Positions 1 to 12,121 are shown, counted from the first letter of the stretch. The stretch: 64,000 nt of DNA from Macrostomum hystrix (GCA_950097015.1 CATNEN010000007.1:10974001-11038000), one strand, 5' to 3'. Notes: a model not told the origin generated them from the sequence alone. Numbers and translations are program-made.

Positions 1-1536
1 AAAATAACACTGCTACTAGCAACATTTTATGGGTGAAACTAAAGTAGCAAACATTTAATCACAGTGTTGATTTCAACTACTTATATGGTCATGCATCTAG
101 TTAGCTAGTCATTGAAAAAGAAAGTAGAACTGGTTAGCTAGAAGCTAGATAAACATAGCTAAAAGCAAAATGGCCAGCTATCTATAACTATAGGCCTAGG
201 CTACTCACTACTGGTTAACCAGCTAACATGATACTAGCTAGCAGTTTATTGAGGAACAAAATATTAGCTAACAACTGATTTAACTGATCAATTACATTGG
301 CCATCGATTTCAGTGATAGCTAGTCAAATATAGATTTGTCTAGATATACATACATTTATTCAGAAACAAGAAAATTAGATAACTTATAGCTTGTTTAGTT
401 TATGTTGTAGTGCTTCTTTTACAATTGCACTTTTCTAGTAATTCAAACTCTCCTCATACTGTAAGTAATTGGCCTAAACTTCTGACTTATTGCCTGTCAA
501 TCATTTTAGAGTGACATATACATTATACCACACCCCTGCTCGGGTGGACTTATGCAAACTACAGATAGTTTGGGTAGCGTGGCTCTTTGTCACGATATTT
601 CTGGCCTCCTGCCAGTTATATTCTAGATATTAAATCTAGTTAGATCTGGAGACAATGCTCTCAGGTGATTCAGACAAGTTTTGTCAGGTAATTCAGGCTC
701 TCTGGCCAGTCTGTACTCGGGCTTCCCCGGATCGGTTTCAACGGCTTCCACTTACTTTAGAAATAAGTAAGGCTTTTGTAAGATTGCTCACGAGGAGAAT
801 TGAACTGTTTCTAATAATGGTCACGAAACGGTTAGCTATCTAATTGAAACTGGGCTGTATTTATAGTAATTTTTCCACGTACGCTGGATATATGCTCAGT
901 ATAATTTTACATTTTAAACAAATCGAATAAGGCTAATATTACCAGTATACATACAGTATATTTTTCTAGCGCGGATTTAAATTTGACCCACAACATTTAG
1001 TTAGCTAGCTAGATGATAAATACTAAATAGCAAATAGCAGTGAAAAAGTTGTTTTTAGGCCTAGGCAGCGAGGCCTACCTGGCCTACAACATAAAAATCG
1101 AGCTATATTTCACTAAGCTATACTTGAATCACTTGATGCTATATTTAAAGCAAAATTAAATATAGCTAAGTGTAGTTAGCTTGCTACCTAGTCCTAAAAA
1201 CACAATAGCTAGCCCTATTCTTAGAAAGAATGCAGTTTGTTTTGCATATTAAAATCTAAAAAAAGTAACTCTTAGAAATTGAAGTGACTTCTTCACTTAT
1301 GTTAAGCAGCCTACTTCTAGTCTCCTATATTAATTAAACAAATATTTATATTATGGAGACAGACATGTAGCTAACAAGTTAACACTTAAATTCTCACTAT
1401 TTGTCAATGCAGACTTGCAATACAATGTGAGTCCCTAATGTCTGAAGTCCCTACAGTCATAATCATCATATTTGTAAATATGTCTAACGAGAAGCTACAG
1501 TTTTATCATAGGGCCTACAGGTGTCATGAATGATGA

Positions 1537-1928
1537 TCTATATATATAAAAGTGAAAACTCTGTGTGTGTGTCTGTGTGTGTGTGTGCAACCTTTTGTCT
1601 TTATAGACGCCGAAACCGCTCAACCAAATCGCACCAAACTTTGCACATACCTAAAACCACCTACGCTGAGTGCAATAGGCTACTCAAATTCCCGAAAAAT
1701 CATTTCCTTCCTGCTCAAAAGTGCAAAAAACTGCTCAAAAATCGTCAAAAAATCACTCAATTCGACATATCGTCGCCCCACTTTGTCAGATTTTCTCCAA
1801 ATTTGATCCACTTACACTTTACATGTTTTCCAACAATGCTGTCAATTTTGAACATCTCTACTCAATCCAGAGCAAAGCTGCATCATCTCAAAGTGAGTCA
1901 CTTTTTGTTTTCCGAGGACAGCCACCCC
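1537..1928 (+). mobile_element. Helitron 5' terminal segment
   Basis: Begins A|TCTATATATATAAAAGTG, followed by a (TG)n/TGTC microsatellite and AAACCGCTCAACCAAATCGCACCAAACTTTG, the typical 5' end of invertebrate Helitrons. A matching helicase remnant and CTAG|T end lie at 34019-35374. Confidence 0.65.
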
Positions 1929-1970
1929 AACTCCCCTCCGCCACTCTGCGGGCCAAATTTTACAGTCTAT

Positions 1971-2071
1971 GGCCGCGGGCTAGCCGGCCCCAGCTCATGC
2001 GTTTATTATGCGCCTAGCCAGGGTGCCCTCATGGTGAGGTGAGCTGGGCTAGCCGATCGCAGCTCATGAGC
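1971..2071 (+). repeat. Left subterminal inverted repeat with three CTAGCC-N7-(G/C)CTCA modules
   Basis: GGCCGCGGGCTAGCCGGCCCCAGCTCATG...GCAGCTCATGAGC aligns to the reverse complement of 33767-33868; CTAGCC occurs at 1980, 2014 and 2049. Confidence 0.75.
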
Positions 2072-2166
2072 CCAGCCCATGGGCCCAGGGTGCGCTCCTG
2101 GTGTGGGCCTCGGATATGGGATAGGAAGGTGACGGGGGGGAGGAGGAGGGGGAGAGGTTGCCCATG

Positions 2167-2430
2167 AGGGCGGATAGCTCAGTCAGTAAGGTGTCGGACT
2201 CTGGATCAGATGGTCCTGGGTTCGACTCCCGACCTAGTCTAGAACTATTCGTGCAGCCCTTGGCAAGCTGCTTTGCCCTGATGTGCACACAGTCTACTCA
2301 GCTGCAGATGAGTACCGACATTTCGTCGGGTAATAATAATTCTGGCTGGCGTGGAATAAAGCAGTTCTGTGCGGCAATTCTGTGGGGTTCGGATGCTGCC
2401 GATATGTTTGGAAAAATAAATTCTTTAAGA
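2167..2430 (+). mobile_element. tRNA-derived SINE
   Basis: A box TAGCTCAGTCAGTA, B box GGTTCGACTCCC and CTG anticodon-like loop, followed by a SINE-body-like segment (CCCTTGGCAAG...CTCAGCTGCAGATGAGTACC) and an AT-rich tail. The 3' boundary is approximate. Confidence 0.7.
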
Positions 2431-2444
2431 GTTTTCTTAATTTA

Positions 2445-3405
2445 AGAGTTTTTCAAAACATATAGGCTATCCTACTGTATGTGATTCCTTTGGTGCTTCG
2501 AATGTACTGTATAGTGCTGATATTGATGTAAATCAGCGTAAAACCGCTTTTTTCTTACTCAGCCGGATTAAGAAATGAGTAGGCTTATATGATGTTCTTG
2601 TTGTTCTGCAAAACATATAATCATTAATTTAAATAAAAAATGAGTCGAACCAACGACCCGCAGTTATCAGGCTGACGTGCTACCAGTTTCACCACTTGAC
2701 ATTGCCCATATACAACGAAGAATTACTATTTATTAGTATATTCTTTCGTTCGAATACTTTTTCAGAGTTTTTCAAAACATATAGGCTATTCTACTGTATG
2801 TGATTCCTTTGGTGCTTCGAGTGTACTGTATAGTGCTGATATTGATGTAAATCAGCGTAAAACCGCTTTTTTTCTTACTCAGCCGGATTAAGAAATGAGT
2901 AGGCTTATATGATGTTCTTGTTGTTCTGCAAAACATATAATCATTAATTTAAATAAAAAATGAGTCGAACCAACGACCCGCAGTTGTCAGGCTGACGTGC
3001 TACCAGTTAAACCACTTGACATTGCCAGTTTACAACGAAGAATTACTATTTATAAGTATATTCTTTCGTTCGAATACTTTTTCAGAGTTTTTCAAAACAT
3101 ATAGGCTATCCTACTGTATGTGATTCCTTTGGTGCTTCGAGTGTACTGTATAGTGCTGATATTTATGTAAATCAGCGTAAAACCGCTTTTTTTCTTACTC
3201 AGCCAGATTAAGAAATGAGTAGGCTTATATGATGTTCTTGTTGTTCTGCAAAACATATAATCATTAATTTAAATAAAAAATGAGTCGAACCAACGACCCG
3301 CAGTTATCAGGCTGACGTGCTACCAGTTTCACCACATGACATTGGCCAAATACAACGAAGAATTACTATTTATTAGTATATATTCTTTCGTTCGAATACT
3401 TTTTT
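2445..3405 (+). repeat. Tandem repeat, 3 x ~320 bp
   Basis: AGAGTTTTTCAAAACATATAGGCTAT starts at 2445, 2764 and 3084. Confidence 0.95.
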
Positions 3406-5380
3406 GGCTGCAGGCTGCAGCTTGTGCTTTCTTATTTTAAGCAATGGCCATCGTAGCGATCAAATTCGCAACGCAATATTAGCAACGCAAGCAAATATAT
3501 CGCGAGCTAGCGAATCGCTCCATTATCTAACGACGGGTCCAGCAGGTCCCCAAATTTTATCTGCAAAGCTTCAAAAACCAAAAGGGTGAACGTCAATATT
3601 ACAAATTTATTACAAACTCAGCAAAAGTCAAAATTATTAGCACCCGTAACGAAAGTCATCGATTTATCGTTGCACCAAACATTCTACTTATTTTTGTCAT
3701 TGCATGTAATCCATAAAGTTTTAAATAAAGACCAGCAAGGCAAAAATCATTATTTTTAAAGCATAAAAGTAACTTAAAAGAAAGGTTGAAGCGAAAATAG
3801 TTCGCTAAAAGATTTTTTTAAACACATACTGCATAAAAACGGCAAAACAGCGTTTAAATTTTGTAGGGTACGAAGTGCAATGCCTCACACCAGTATCTAA
3901 ATGTTTTACTTTGTTTAGAGTTACATAAAGTTTCCGGAACATTTAACCTTTTCGACAGAAATCAACATGATAAATAATCGACCAATTTATAAATCTAATT
4001 GATGCAAAGTCATTGCATTCTGTTGCAAAAGCAGTATAATCGCACGAGTTCAACCTACTGAAACATCGATTTAGTTAATTCATCTACAAATATTATATAT
4101 TTTTAATAAAAGTGTCTGAGCTTTCGTGTTCTGCTACAAAGTAGGGAAACCGTAAGAATTTCTGGTATATTAGGTCTTAATTTAATAATTCTCGAAAAAC
4201 CAAGGTATTCCAAATAATTAGCTACGAAACACATTATTTTCCTTTCTTGAAGATCGGCTCGATATTACCCGCAACTTACGTATGTAAACCGTAACGTACT
4301 CGTAGCGTTTGAGTTTAAAAAAACAAAATCGTAATAAAGGTATAGGCTACTTAATACTGCTTTGAAAAAACAAATAATTATGTTCTTAGACATATACATA
4401 AAGAAGGCTCTGCAGATTTTTTTGGCGCGGTTTAAATAATTTCAGATGCATGTTCGTCGGAGTTGTCCGCCATGTTGTTTTTAGCTTTTTCAAATTTTTA
4501 TTTTGAACTGAATTTTAATTAATTTAGTAATTTAATTTTCTCTTTGAATTCAACTGAAAGTGAAAGACAGGTAAATCGGGACAAAAAAGTACAAGATTGT
4601 ACCAATTGCAATCATTCCACATTACTGTTACTTTTTCTAGATTATTGCCACTTTGGTAGCTAATTTCGTTCTTCGTAAATCGTAATTAAGGTTAAAAACA
4701 AAAATATTTGTATTGTTTACTTCACTCTTCACTTAGTTTTGGACAAATCAGAGTCATTTGCACAAGGTAATTAAAAACTCGATAAATGTCTAAACAATGT
4801 CAGTTGGAAAATAACATATGTCGCTATATGGCAAAATTACATGGTTAATATGATGTAATATAACACTCTAGATAGCTAGTATTGAATAGGAAATATTATC
4901 TGACTATCTTTGGCAGGTTAGAAACTAGTTAACTCGGCAGTAAACCAGTACTATAGCTAGTGCCTATAAGCATTTACTCATATTTAGTTAACATTGAAGA
5001 TGGGTTAATCCAAAATTTTGTTAGAGGTTGTGCCAGTGTGTATTAAATTAGAAACAGTTGTCCGACTATAATATTCACTTTTATTTATTAAGTTCTGCTG
5101 CTAGTTTCTTTGCATTTCTTGCTTAACAGTGTACCAAGCTCTGCAACTTTTTATGAAGCAACAGTCACTAATTTCATTTGGTCTTTAGACCTAGCCTCCT
5201 AGCCTACTTCCAGAGTCAAAAAGGTGGCTCTGTGTGCCAGAAAGAAATTATAAACAATGTAATAAGTGACATGCACCACCAATATAAGTAACTTTAACAT
5301 TGAGTCAAGTAGGCTTTGGTAAATAGTAAATAAAGTAAATAGTTAATAGGGCAAGATCTCAAAAAAACTAATGCATACTC

Positions 5381-5814
5381 GGCAATGTTTTACTTCCGTT
5401 CGTTATATTATTTTTTCGTTTGAATTGACATGGCTTTGCCGTGACTTGACACTTGGATCTATGTCTATGGCAAAATCTGGCAAATATGGGGGAACAGGAA
5501 GCTTAGGCACAGAAATTCTGCAGCTGAAGATTTTGTGAAGGCCAAGCTGCGTCAAATGCATGGCACGAATGCTGCTCTATTCGAAAGCCACCTCAAAGAA
5601 TTCTTATGGCACTGTCTATACCCCAAGAATAGCTTCGGTGCCCTCCTCTACTGGATTAGGCACTTACCCGGTTTGAAAGAAGAAAGACTGACCAAGACTT
5701 TTCAGAACTGTCTGATCAAACTACAGACTTATTGTTACCGTTAAACTTGTTTTTGTCGTTATCTGTCATTTGCAAATGAAAAAATAATATAACGAACGGA
5801 AGTAGAACATTGCC
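5381..5814 (+). mobile_element. Non-autonomous Merlin (IS1016/IS1595-like) DNA transposon
   Basis: ~36-bp TIRs GGCAATGTT(T/C)TACTTCCGTTCGTTATATTATTTTTT; perfect 8-bp TSD GCATACTC (5373-5380, 5815-5822); residual ORF 5535-5744 (KAKLRQMHGT...FESHLKEFLW...FGALL) resembles the Merlin transposase C-terminus. Confidence 0.85.
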
Positions 5815-6420
5815 GCATACTCTTTGCACATAAAGGCTTCTTTCCAGTGGACCTTGAACTTAAGATCAATATTTATATCGTAAATAGTGAAATTGAAATC
5901 TTGAAATCAATCACTTGAGAAGGTATTCGACTGAGATTAGTGGCAATCCATTGGAGGATTAGAGAAGTCCATGCTGGTATCAGTATCAGACAGGCTGATC
6001 ATCTAGGCAGAATAGCTGCAGCTGGACACTGCAGCATGACAGTCTGGCCCTGGCAAAGCTGAGCAAACTGCCACCCCAAGTCTGCCAATCTTTGTCACAT
6101 TCCATGGAGTCCATGGGTGGCAGTAATGTGTTAATTTGTGAGAGTGAGAAAAAGGGATTTGTGTGCAAATTTTTAAGTAAATGTTCAATTCTTTATATTC
6201 AAGCAAGTGTATAGAAATGACGCCCAAGTGCAGGTCAGCAATCTCCACAGACTGTAGTTACATGGCCACAATACTTGTGGGAATATATGTTGAATATAAG
6301 TGCTATGATTTCATTATAGAATATATAAAACTTTATAGTATTAAATAGAAAACAGTTGTCTGTCTACAATATTAAATACTGTAAACCAATGATTATAAAT
6401 TACTTTCTCATTTCCAGACA

Positions 6421-8868
6421 ATGTATCGCGGCATCGAACTGAAGCGTGTTGTCAAAGCTACACTGCAAACTGGCTGTCGTGGGCGACCCAGAAAGATTAA
6501 GACAATCATTAGCGGCCGAAATCGAGGCTCAACATCTCGGCGTCCTGTGTCTGAAACTACTCCTGTTCCAGTGGAAGCTAGCACCGAGAATGATGTCGGT
6601 ATGCCTGAGTCTTTTGCTCCTACAGTAGAAGATGTTGAATGGGTAGATTTTGACAGCTTTGCTGAGAAATACAGAGGTAGTTACGAGAAGCATTTTCTCT
6701 TAAATCTGTGTTCCTCTTGCTATGAGCACGAAGGTGTATATCGATGTGTTACTTGTCGACTTAGCTTATGTGCCAGCTGTAAGAATGAGACGCATAAAAA
6801 GTTTTCAGCCCACAAGTTTCTCATATGGAATAAGGAGAGTCTAATGTTTCAGGAACTGGATGCTACTCACGATGCTTTTGAAATGTTTTGCTGCGCTTCT
6901 AGTAAATTGAATCTGAATGTCTGTGCGGCTACAAAAGTTGACCTTATAGATCTGGCTGGAAGCGTAAAGGTCATTTTTATTACCTGCGACTCCTGTGATC
7001 TTATTGGTGCACTCCTTTCTCAAGGGTTCTTCCCTTGTTGCGAAGGGTCAAAGCCTGATTCAGATGGGTATGCATTCTTTTCTTTTACCTTTTTGTCCCT
7101 GCTAGACAGTTTGTGTATGACTGGGCAGTTGCCTGTTCACAGAGCGGTCAGTACACTGCTCATTGGGCCAACTCTGGGACAAGGTACATATAATTTGGCT
7201 CTTGTAAAAAGCACTTATCAACGCATTCAACGACATGATGTTTTGCTGCGGTTTCGCCACCTGCAAATGGCCTCAGCAAAATGGCCAAATAATTGTCTTC
7301 TCTGTCCAGATAATCACGCTGTGCGCAAAACTGTTGTCTGTGCAGATGCTCTATTTGGTTGGCAGCGCTTTAAAGCCAGGGGGCGTACACAACTGGAAAT
7401 ACCATCAGATGGTCGTCCATTACCTACGCCGCTTGTCTATGTAGATATTAAAGCGGATGTGCCAAAAAATCGAGCAGAGGAACAGAATTGTCCTAATTGG
7501 AAGGCCGGTGCTCATGAACCATTAAGCCGTGAGCAGAGACATGATGTCACGGGTTTCTTTGGATTATTCTGTCGTCACAATCGCCTTTTGTGTGGCTCAA
7601 ATATCACAACTGGTGGAGAAAAGTTTTGCTACCTGGAACAGTGCCTTGAACACTTTCTGCGAAACGTCAAAGTGTCTAAGGAATTACTTGTCGTATATGA
7701 CGTGGGTAAGTTTATTATTATTTTATAAAATGCATACAATCTATGAAATACTGTTGCTTGTGTACAGTTATATGACAACATGACTTACTCTTTATCCCAA
7801 TTCACAGGCTGTCGCGTATCCAGCCGGGTTAAATCCGCTATTGCGAAGTCTGGTGCCAACATTCAAGCGAGTAGCTGTGCAATAAACGCTTTTCATGCTC
7901 TTGGTCACCTGCCCAGTTGTCAAAAAAAGTTTTCTGTTCGCGTTACTCCAGGCGCAGGTCTATGCGATGGAGAGAATACTGAGCGAGCCTGGTCTCAACT
8001 CAGGCCGTTCGGTAAGTTTTTAAAGTACATGCGGAAAGACCGACGAGCACAATACATGGCGCATATTCTATACTTCTTTAATGCACAACAGCTTCTTAGC
8101 GCTTCTGGGTGGTTTACACAACGTATTAAGCTTATGGTAGGTGCGGGAAAAAGCATTCTAAGTGAACTAAAAGAGCTACAAAGCCAGTCTGCGATTTTGC
8201 AGCACTCGGGGGTCCGAAATGACAGTCTGGTCATCTCTGAGGATGAAATTTTGGATTTAGGCTCCCAATGGTATGAAGATTCCCTCCGAGTAGCTGTACA
8301 CAACTCGGAAGATGATATCCTATGTGAGCTACGCGCTCTTGCAGTGCACAGAGATCATTGGAGTAAACAGGTTGGTAAGTCAGTTGGCCAAAGTCAAACC
8401 AGAATGTGCTTGCGAAAGGTTAAAAGTTATGCATCCGACATGAAAAAACTCTACGCTCGTCTTCCAATTGAAGACAGAGCTTCTTTCGATGAATATAAAA
8501 AACCGCGTAGTGCGAAATATGAACATTTGTCTGGAACCGACCTTTCCATCCGATTTCGTCAGCGGGCTATAGACGTCAGTAACAAATATAAACGCCTAAA
8601 AGAAGAAGCGCATATTATTTCAGATGAGTGGGTTGACCTTCAGGTTAATTTGCAGAGCCTCTGTGATGACTTAGCGAATCAGCCGGGCTTAGCCGCTCAA
8701 TTTCGGGAATTGTTTAGAAGACTGCTTGAAGATGTTGCAAGTAAAAGCGTGACTGATGCTGTAAAATATCTTCTTGCGAATAAATTCTCCCTCAGCACAC
8801 TGAGTCAGAGCGCTAATGAAGCGGTTGCTTCAGAAGATTCGGAGTCTTCTGATAGCGACTCCGATTAA
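6421..8868 (+). CDS. KDZ (Kyakuja-Dileera-Zisupton) transposase with N-terminal Cys-rich (CxC) region; exons 6421-7705 and 7808-8868, 781 aa
   Basis: Splicing a GT-AG intron (7706-7807) restores YDVGC. Other KDZ motifs present: CADA, GxxxxxCRH, GEKFCY, FHALGHxxxC and GLCDGENTERAWS. N-terminal CxxC...RCxxC...CxxC...H...H cluster. No stops. An acceptor (TTTCCAG, 6417) hints at an upstream exon. Confidence 0.85.
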
Positions 8869-8940
8869 GTATCCAACCAGTGTACTGATGATTCCACCGT
8901 TACTTGTGTTTTTAATTGAAGTCAAGCGCTGCCTTGTAAA

Positions 8941-9619
8941 GTCACTCTGCACCTACTTTTGTGTGGGTGCTGTGAAGCGTTAAGTTTAAGATCGCTAAAA
9001 TTAATACCATTAAGCCCAAAATTTGGACACATTTCTTTCAACTAGCAAATTTTTTGCAGGTCACTTTGCACATGCAATACAATGTGCTGTGAAGCGTTAA
9101 GTTTAAGAACGCTAAAATTAATACCAGTAAGCCCAAAGTTTGGACACATATTTCTTTCAACTAGCAAAATATTTACAGGTCACTTTGCACATGCAATTCA
9201 ATGTGCTGTGAAGCGCTACATTTTAAAGCGCTATGAGCCCATGTGTCAGCCTTCTCGCGGCGGACTCGTTGAGCGCGAATAAAATCTGCTAATTACCGTG
9301 CGCTGCCAATCTTACCGTGCATGTTTGCACTATCCAGCGGACTGGCAGTGTACTTACGTTAGCTGTTTTTATTCGTGGGACTAATGACACTATTAAATTC
9401 GTTCATTTATCAGCTTTTCCGTTCAATTCCGTTTTATTATTATTATATAGCTCACAGTTTCATTGTCTGTCAAATAAATGGAGGGGCTCCTAAACAGTGT
9501 TTCTCGTTCTTATTTTTTCATTGCTTGCCGTGCCTGATAAACATGTTTTCCTTTTTTAGCATTTACATACTTGCGCCTATATACGTCACCGATTTCAGCG
9601 AAACGCAGGCAACTTAAAT
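8941..9619 (+). repeat. Intergenic repeat block copy 1 (with internal ~118-bp duplication)
   Basis: Near-identical to 10785-11345 and 12202-12650; contains AATAAA (9278), polypyrimidine-AG (9546-9559) and CCTATATA just upstream of ATG 9667. Confidence 0.95.
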
Positions 9620-9666
9620 AAACTCTTTAAAAAATCAAAATTCAGATTTCAAATTCAAAAGACAGC

Positions 9667-10679
9667 ATGCCCACTGATAAGCTCGATTGTCCGTTATGTC
9701 TTCCTGGTTTATCTGCCTATTCGGCCAGACCTGACAGGCTCGCTCTGCATATTGAAACGCATCATCCAAACGCGAAAGGGAAGACGGAATGCATCATTCA
9801 ATATCTACGTTGGTCGAAGAAGGCCGATGCAAAATTGTGCCAGCTATGCGATACATTCTATGTACATTTGCGGCAGCACTATAAGCTGATTCACACCATC
9901 GAATTCCGGCGACTTAACACTTTGCTGACAGGTCAACCAGCCATGCGACTCGCGCGAAAGCGTGGTGTTAAACGTTTTGGTGAAATATTCTGGTGGTTTA
10001 CTTCCAATCAGCCGTTGCCAAACTATCCGTCCTCAGATGGCGACTGTGTTGGAAAGCTGGAAGAACAAAGGTAATTAATTTGTGAAGGGCATGTCACGAT
10101 CTCATTTAAAGCTTAGTTACGTAAAATGCAAACTGCCTGTGCCATCTGTATTTTCTAAGTCTTGTCAACACTTCCCACAGGCACTGCGAATCTTCTGCTG
10201 GCCAACGATCATGCATAGATGTCTACAGGAAAAGTTCAAATTTCGTCCCAGCCAAGGTTTTAGTGAAGCCTTCTGGTGAGAAGGGTCTCGGTATTTTTGC
10301 TGGTGAACTAATTAGAGCTGATTCATTCGTGTGCTTCTATGGTGGCACCGTAATATCTAGAAAACAAGGACTCGCCAGAGAGCAGGAGAGGGCATCTAAA
10401 GGCGAGTCACCTTGTTTTGCGTTTTTCTTTTTTTATGGCTCCCAATCGCTTTGCGAAGATGCTACTGATAGTTTTTCCCTTGGTCGGTTTATTAATCACA
10501 GTCGGTTGACTCCAAATCTAATGCCAAGGGCGATACCACCATGTAAAGAAATCGGACGGAACGTCTGCAGGATCGCTTTTTTTGCTATTCGGGACATTCT
10601 AGAAGGGCAAGAATTGCTCTTCGATTATTCTGAAACTGACGAAGAGTGTCTAAAGAGGTTTCCCTGGCTGCAATCTTAA
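9667..10679 (+). CDS. Double C2H2-like zinc finger fused to PR-Set7/SETD8-type SET lysine methyltransferase; exons 9667-10070 and 10181-10679, 300 aa
   Basis: A GT-AG intron (10071-10180) joins the two ORFs in frame. CPLC...HxxxHH and CQLC...HxxxxH fingers. SET motifs KGLGIFA, FVxxYxG, CEDAT, LGRFINHS, RDIxxGQELLFDY and C-terminal PWL match KMT5A/SETD8. Confidence 0.85.
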
Positions 10680-10784
10680 AAGTTCAAAAAATTGTACCAA
10701 CTAGTCACTGCTAATCATTTTGAATTTGTTGCACATGCGTCAGACAAATTTCTTCAAAACTTGTCGCATAAAACATTACAGCAG

Positions 10785-11345
10785 GTCACTCTGCACCTAC
10801 TTTTGTGTGGGTGCTGTGAAGCGTTAAGTTTAAGAACGCTAAAATTAATACCAGTAAGCCCAAAGTTTGGACACATATTTCTTTCAACTAGCAAAATATT
10901 TACAGGTCACTTTGCACATGCAATTCAATGTGCTGTGAAGCGCTACATTTTAAAGCGCTATGAGCCCATGTGTCAGCCTTCTCGCGGCGGACTCGTTGAG
11001 CGCGAATAAAATCTGCTAATTACCGTGCTCTGCCAATCTTACCGTGCATGTTTGCACTATCCAGCGGACTGGCAGTGTACTTACGTTAGCTGTTTTTATT
11101 CGTGGGACTAATGACACTATTAAATTCGTTCATTTATCAGCTTTTCCGTTCAATTCCGTTTTATTATTATTATATAGCTCACAGTTTCATTGTCTGTCAA
11201 ATAAATGGAGGGGCTCCTAAACAGTGTTTCTCGTTCTTATTTTTTCATTGCTTGCCGTGCTTGATAAACATGTTTTCCTTTTTTAGCATTTACATACTTG
11301 TGCCTATATACGTCACCGATTTCAGCGAAACGCAGGCAACTTAAA
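10785..11345 (+). repeat. Intergenic repeat block copy 2
   Basis: GTCACTCTGCACCTAC...GCAGGCAACTTAAA, nearly identical to copy 1. Confidence 0.95.
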
Positions 11346-11386
11346 AAAAACTTTAAACTTCAAACTGTAAACACACAAAACTCATC

Positions 11387-12121
11387 ATGCCCAACAAACA
11401 CGCGAAAGTGTCCTGTCTTGTCTGTTCCAATTGGACTGGTAGATCCTACATGCTTTGGAGGCATTGCGAGAAAAGGCACCCCGCTCTGGAGGATGACAGG
11501 ATTCAGGCGATGATTGACTTCGCGAAGGCGACTTCAAAAGCGAAGCCGGTGTGTCTCTGTCCGATATGCGGGGCTCTGATTTCTCACCAAAGAGCGCATT
11601 TTAAGAGATGCCACGTACCTGAATATGGCTCTACATACCGCCGCAAAGCCCTCTCGGGTCGTGCGGCTGTCCTGAAATTACGCGAATCAGGTTCGCGGCG
11701 TGTAGCAGAACTTCACAAACTTGCTACAGAAGAAAAGCATCCACTCCAATACATGGAACTTGAGTTCGCTGCTAGTCAGCTATCTATTCTGGTTGAGATG
11801 TACAAGGATATCGGCGAGGTACAAATTACATCAGCAACTAGCCAAGAGACGAGTGCGTCAACAAAACTTCCCGCAGAACAGCAGCAGCAGGAAGAGCGCT
11901 GCAACTCTTCTGAAGGTGCTCCTAAAAGTCCTAAACCTACGCCAGAAACTCATCGAGTTCCAGCTAAAATCTGTCGAAACCCATTACCATTTGTGATTCC
12001 TCCAAGAGTCCCTTATTGCGTCAAACCCTTACCGCCTATTGTCTTGCGTAAATCTGCTACCAACTTGACCCGATATAACCCGAAAATTCCCACCTCGTCT
12101 CCCATAAAAATTGCTACCTGA
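11387..12121 (+). CDS. Double C2H2-like zinc-finger protein, paralogue of the 9667 N-terminus, with Pro/Lys-rich tail
   Basis: CLVC...HCEKRHP and CPIC...HFKRCH fingers, then LSGRAA..LRESGSRRVAE aligning to LTGQPA..ARKRGVKRFGE of the 9667 ORF; same position downstream of the repeat block. Confidence 0.7.
   Translation: MPNKHAKVSCLVCSNWTGRSYMLWRHCEKRHPALEDDRIQAMIDFAKATSKAKPVCLCPICGALISHQRAHFKRCHVPEYGSTYRRKALSGRAAVLKLRESGSRRVAELHKLATEEKHPLQYMELEFAASQLSILVEMYKDIGEVQITSATSQETSASTKLPAEQQQQEERCNSSEGAPKSPKPTPETHRVPAKICRNPLPFVIPPRVPYCVKPLPPIVLRKSATNLTRYNPKIPTSSPIKIAT

Noticed and set aside
2167-2240. Functional tRNA-Gln gene
   Set aside because: Acceptor and anticodon stems pair poorly and the sequence continues into a SINE-like body with no poly-T terminator.
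9082-9617. Short ORFs repeated in the intergenic blocks (also 10692-11344, 12517-12807)
   Set aside because: Mostly non-ATG starts, biased composition and inconsistent ends between copies; treated as non-coding.
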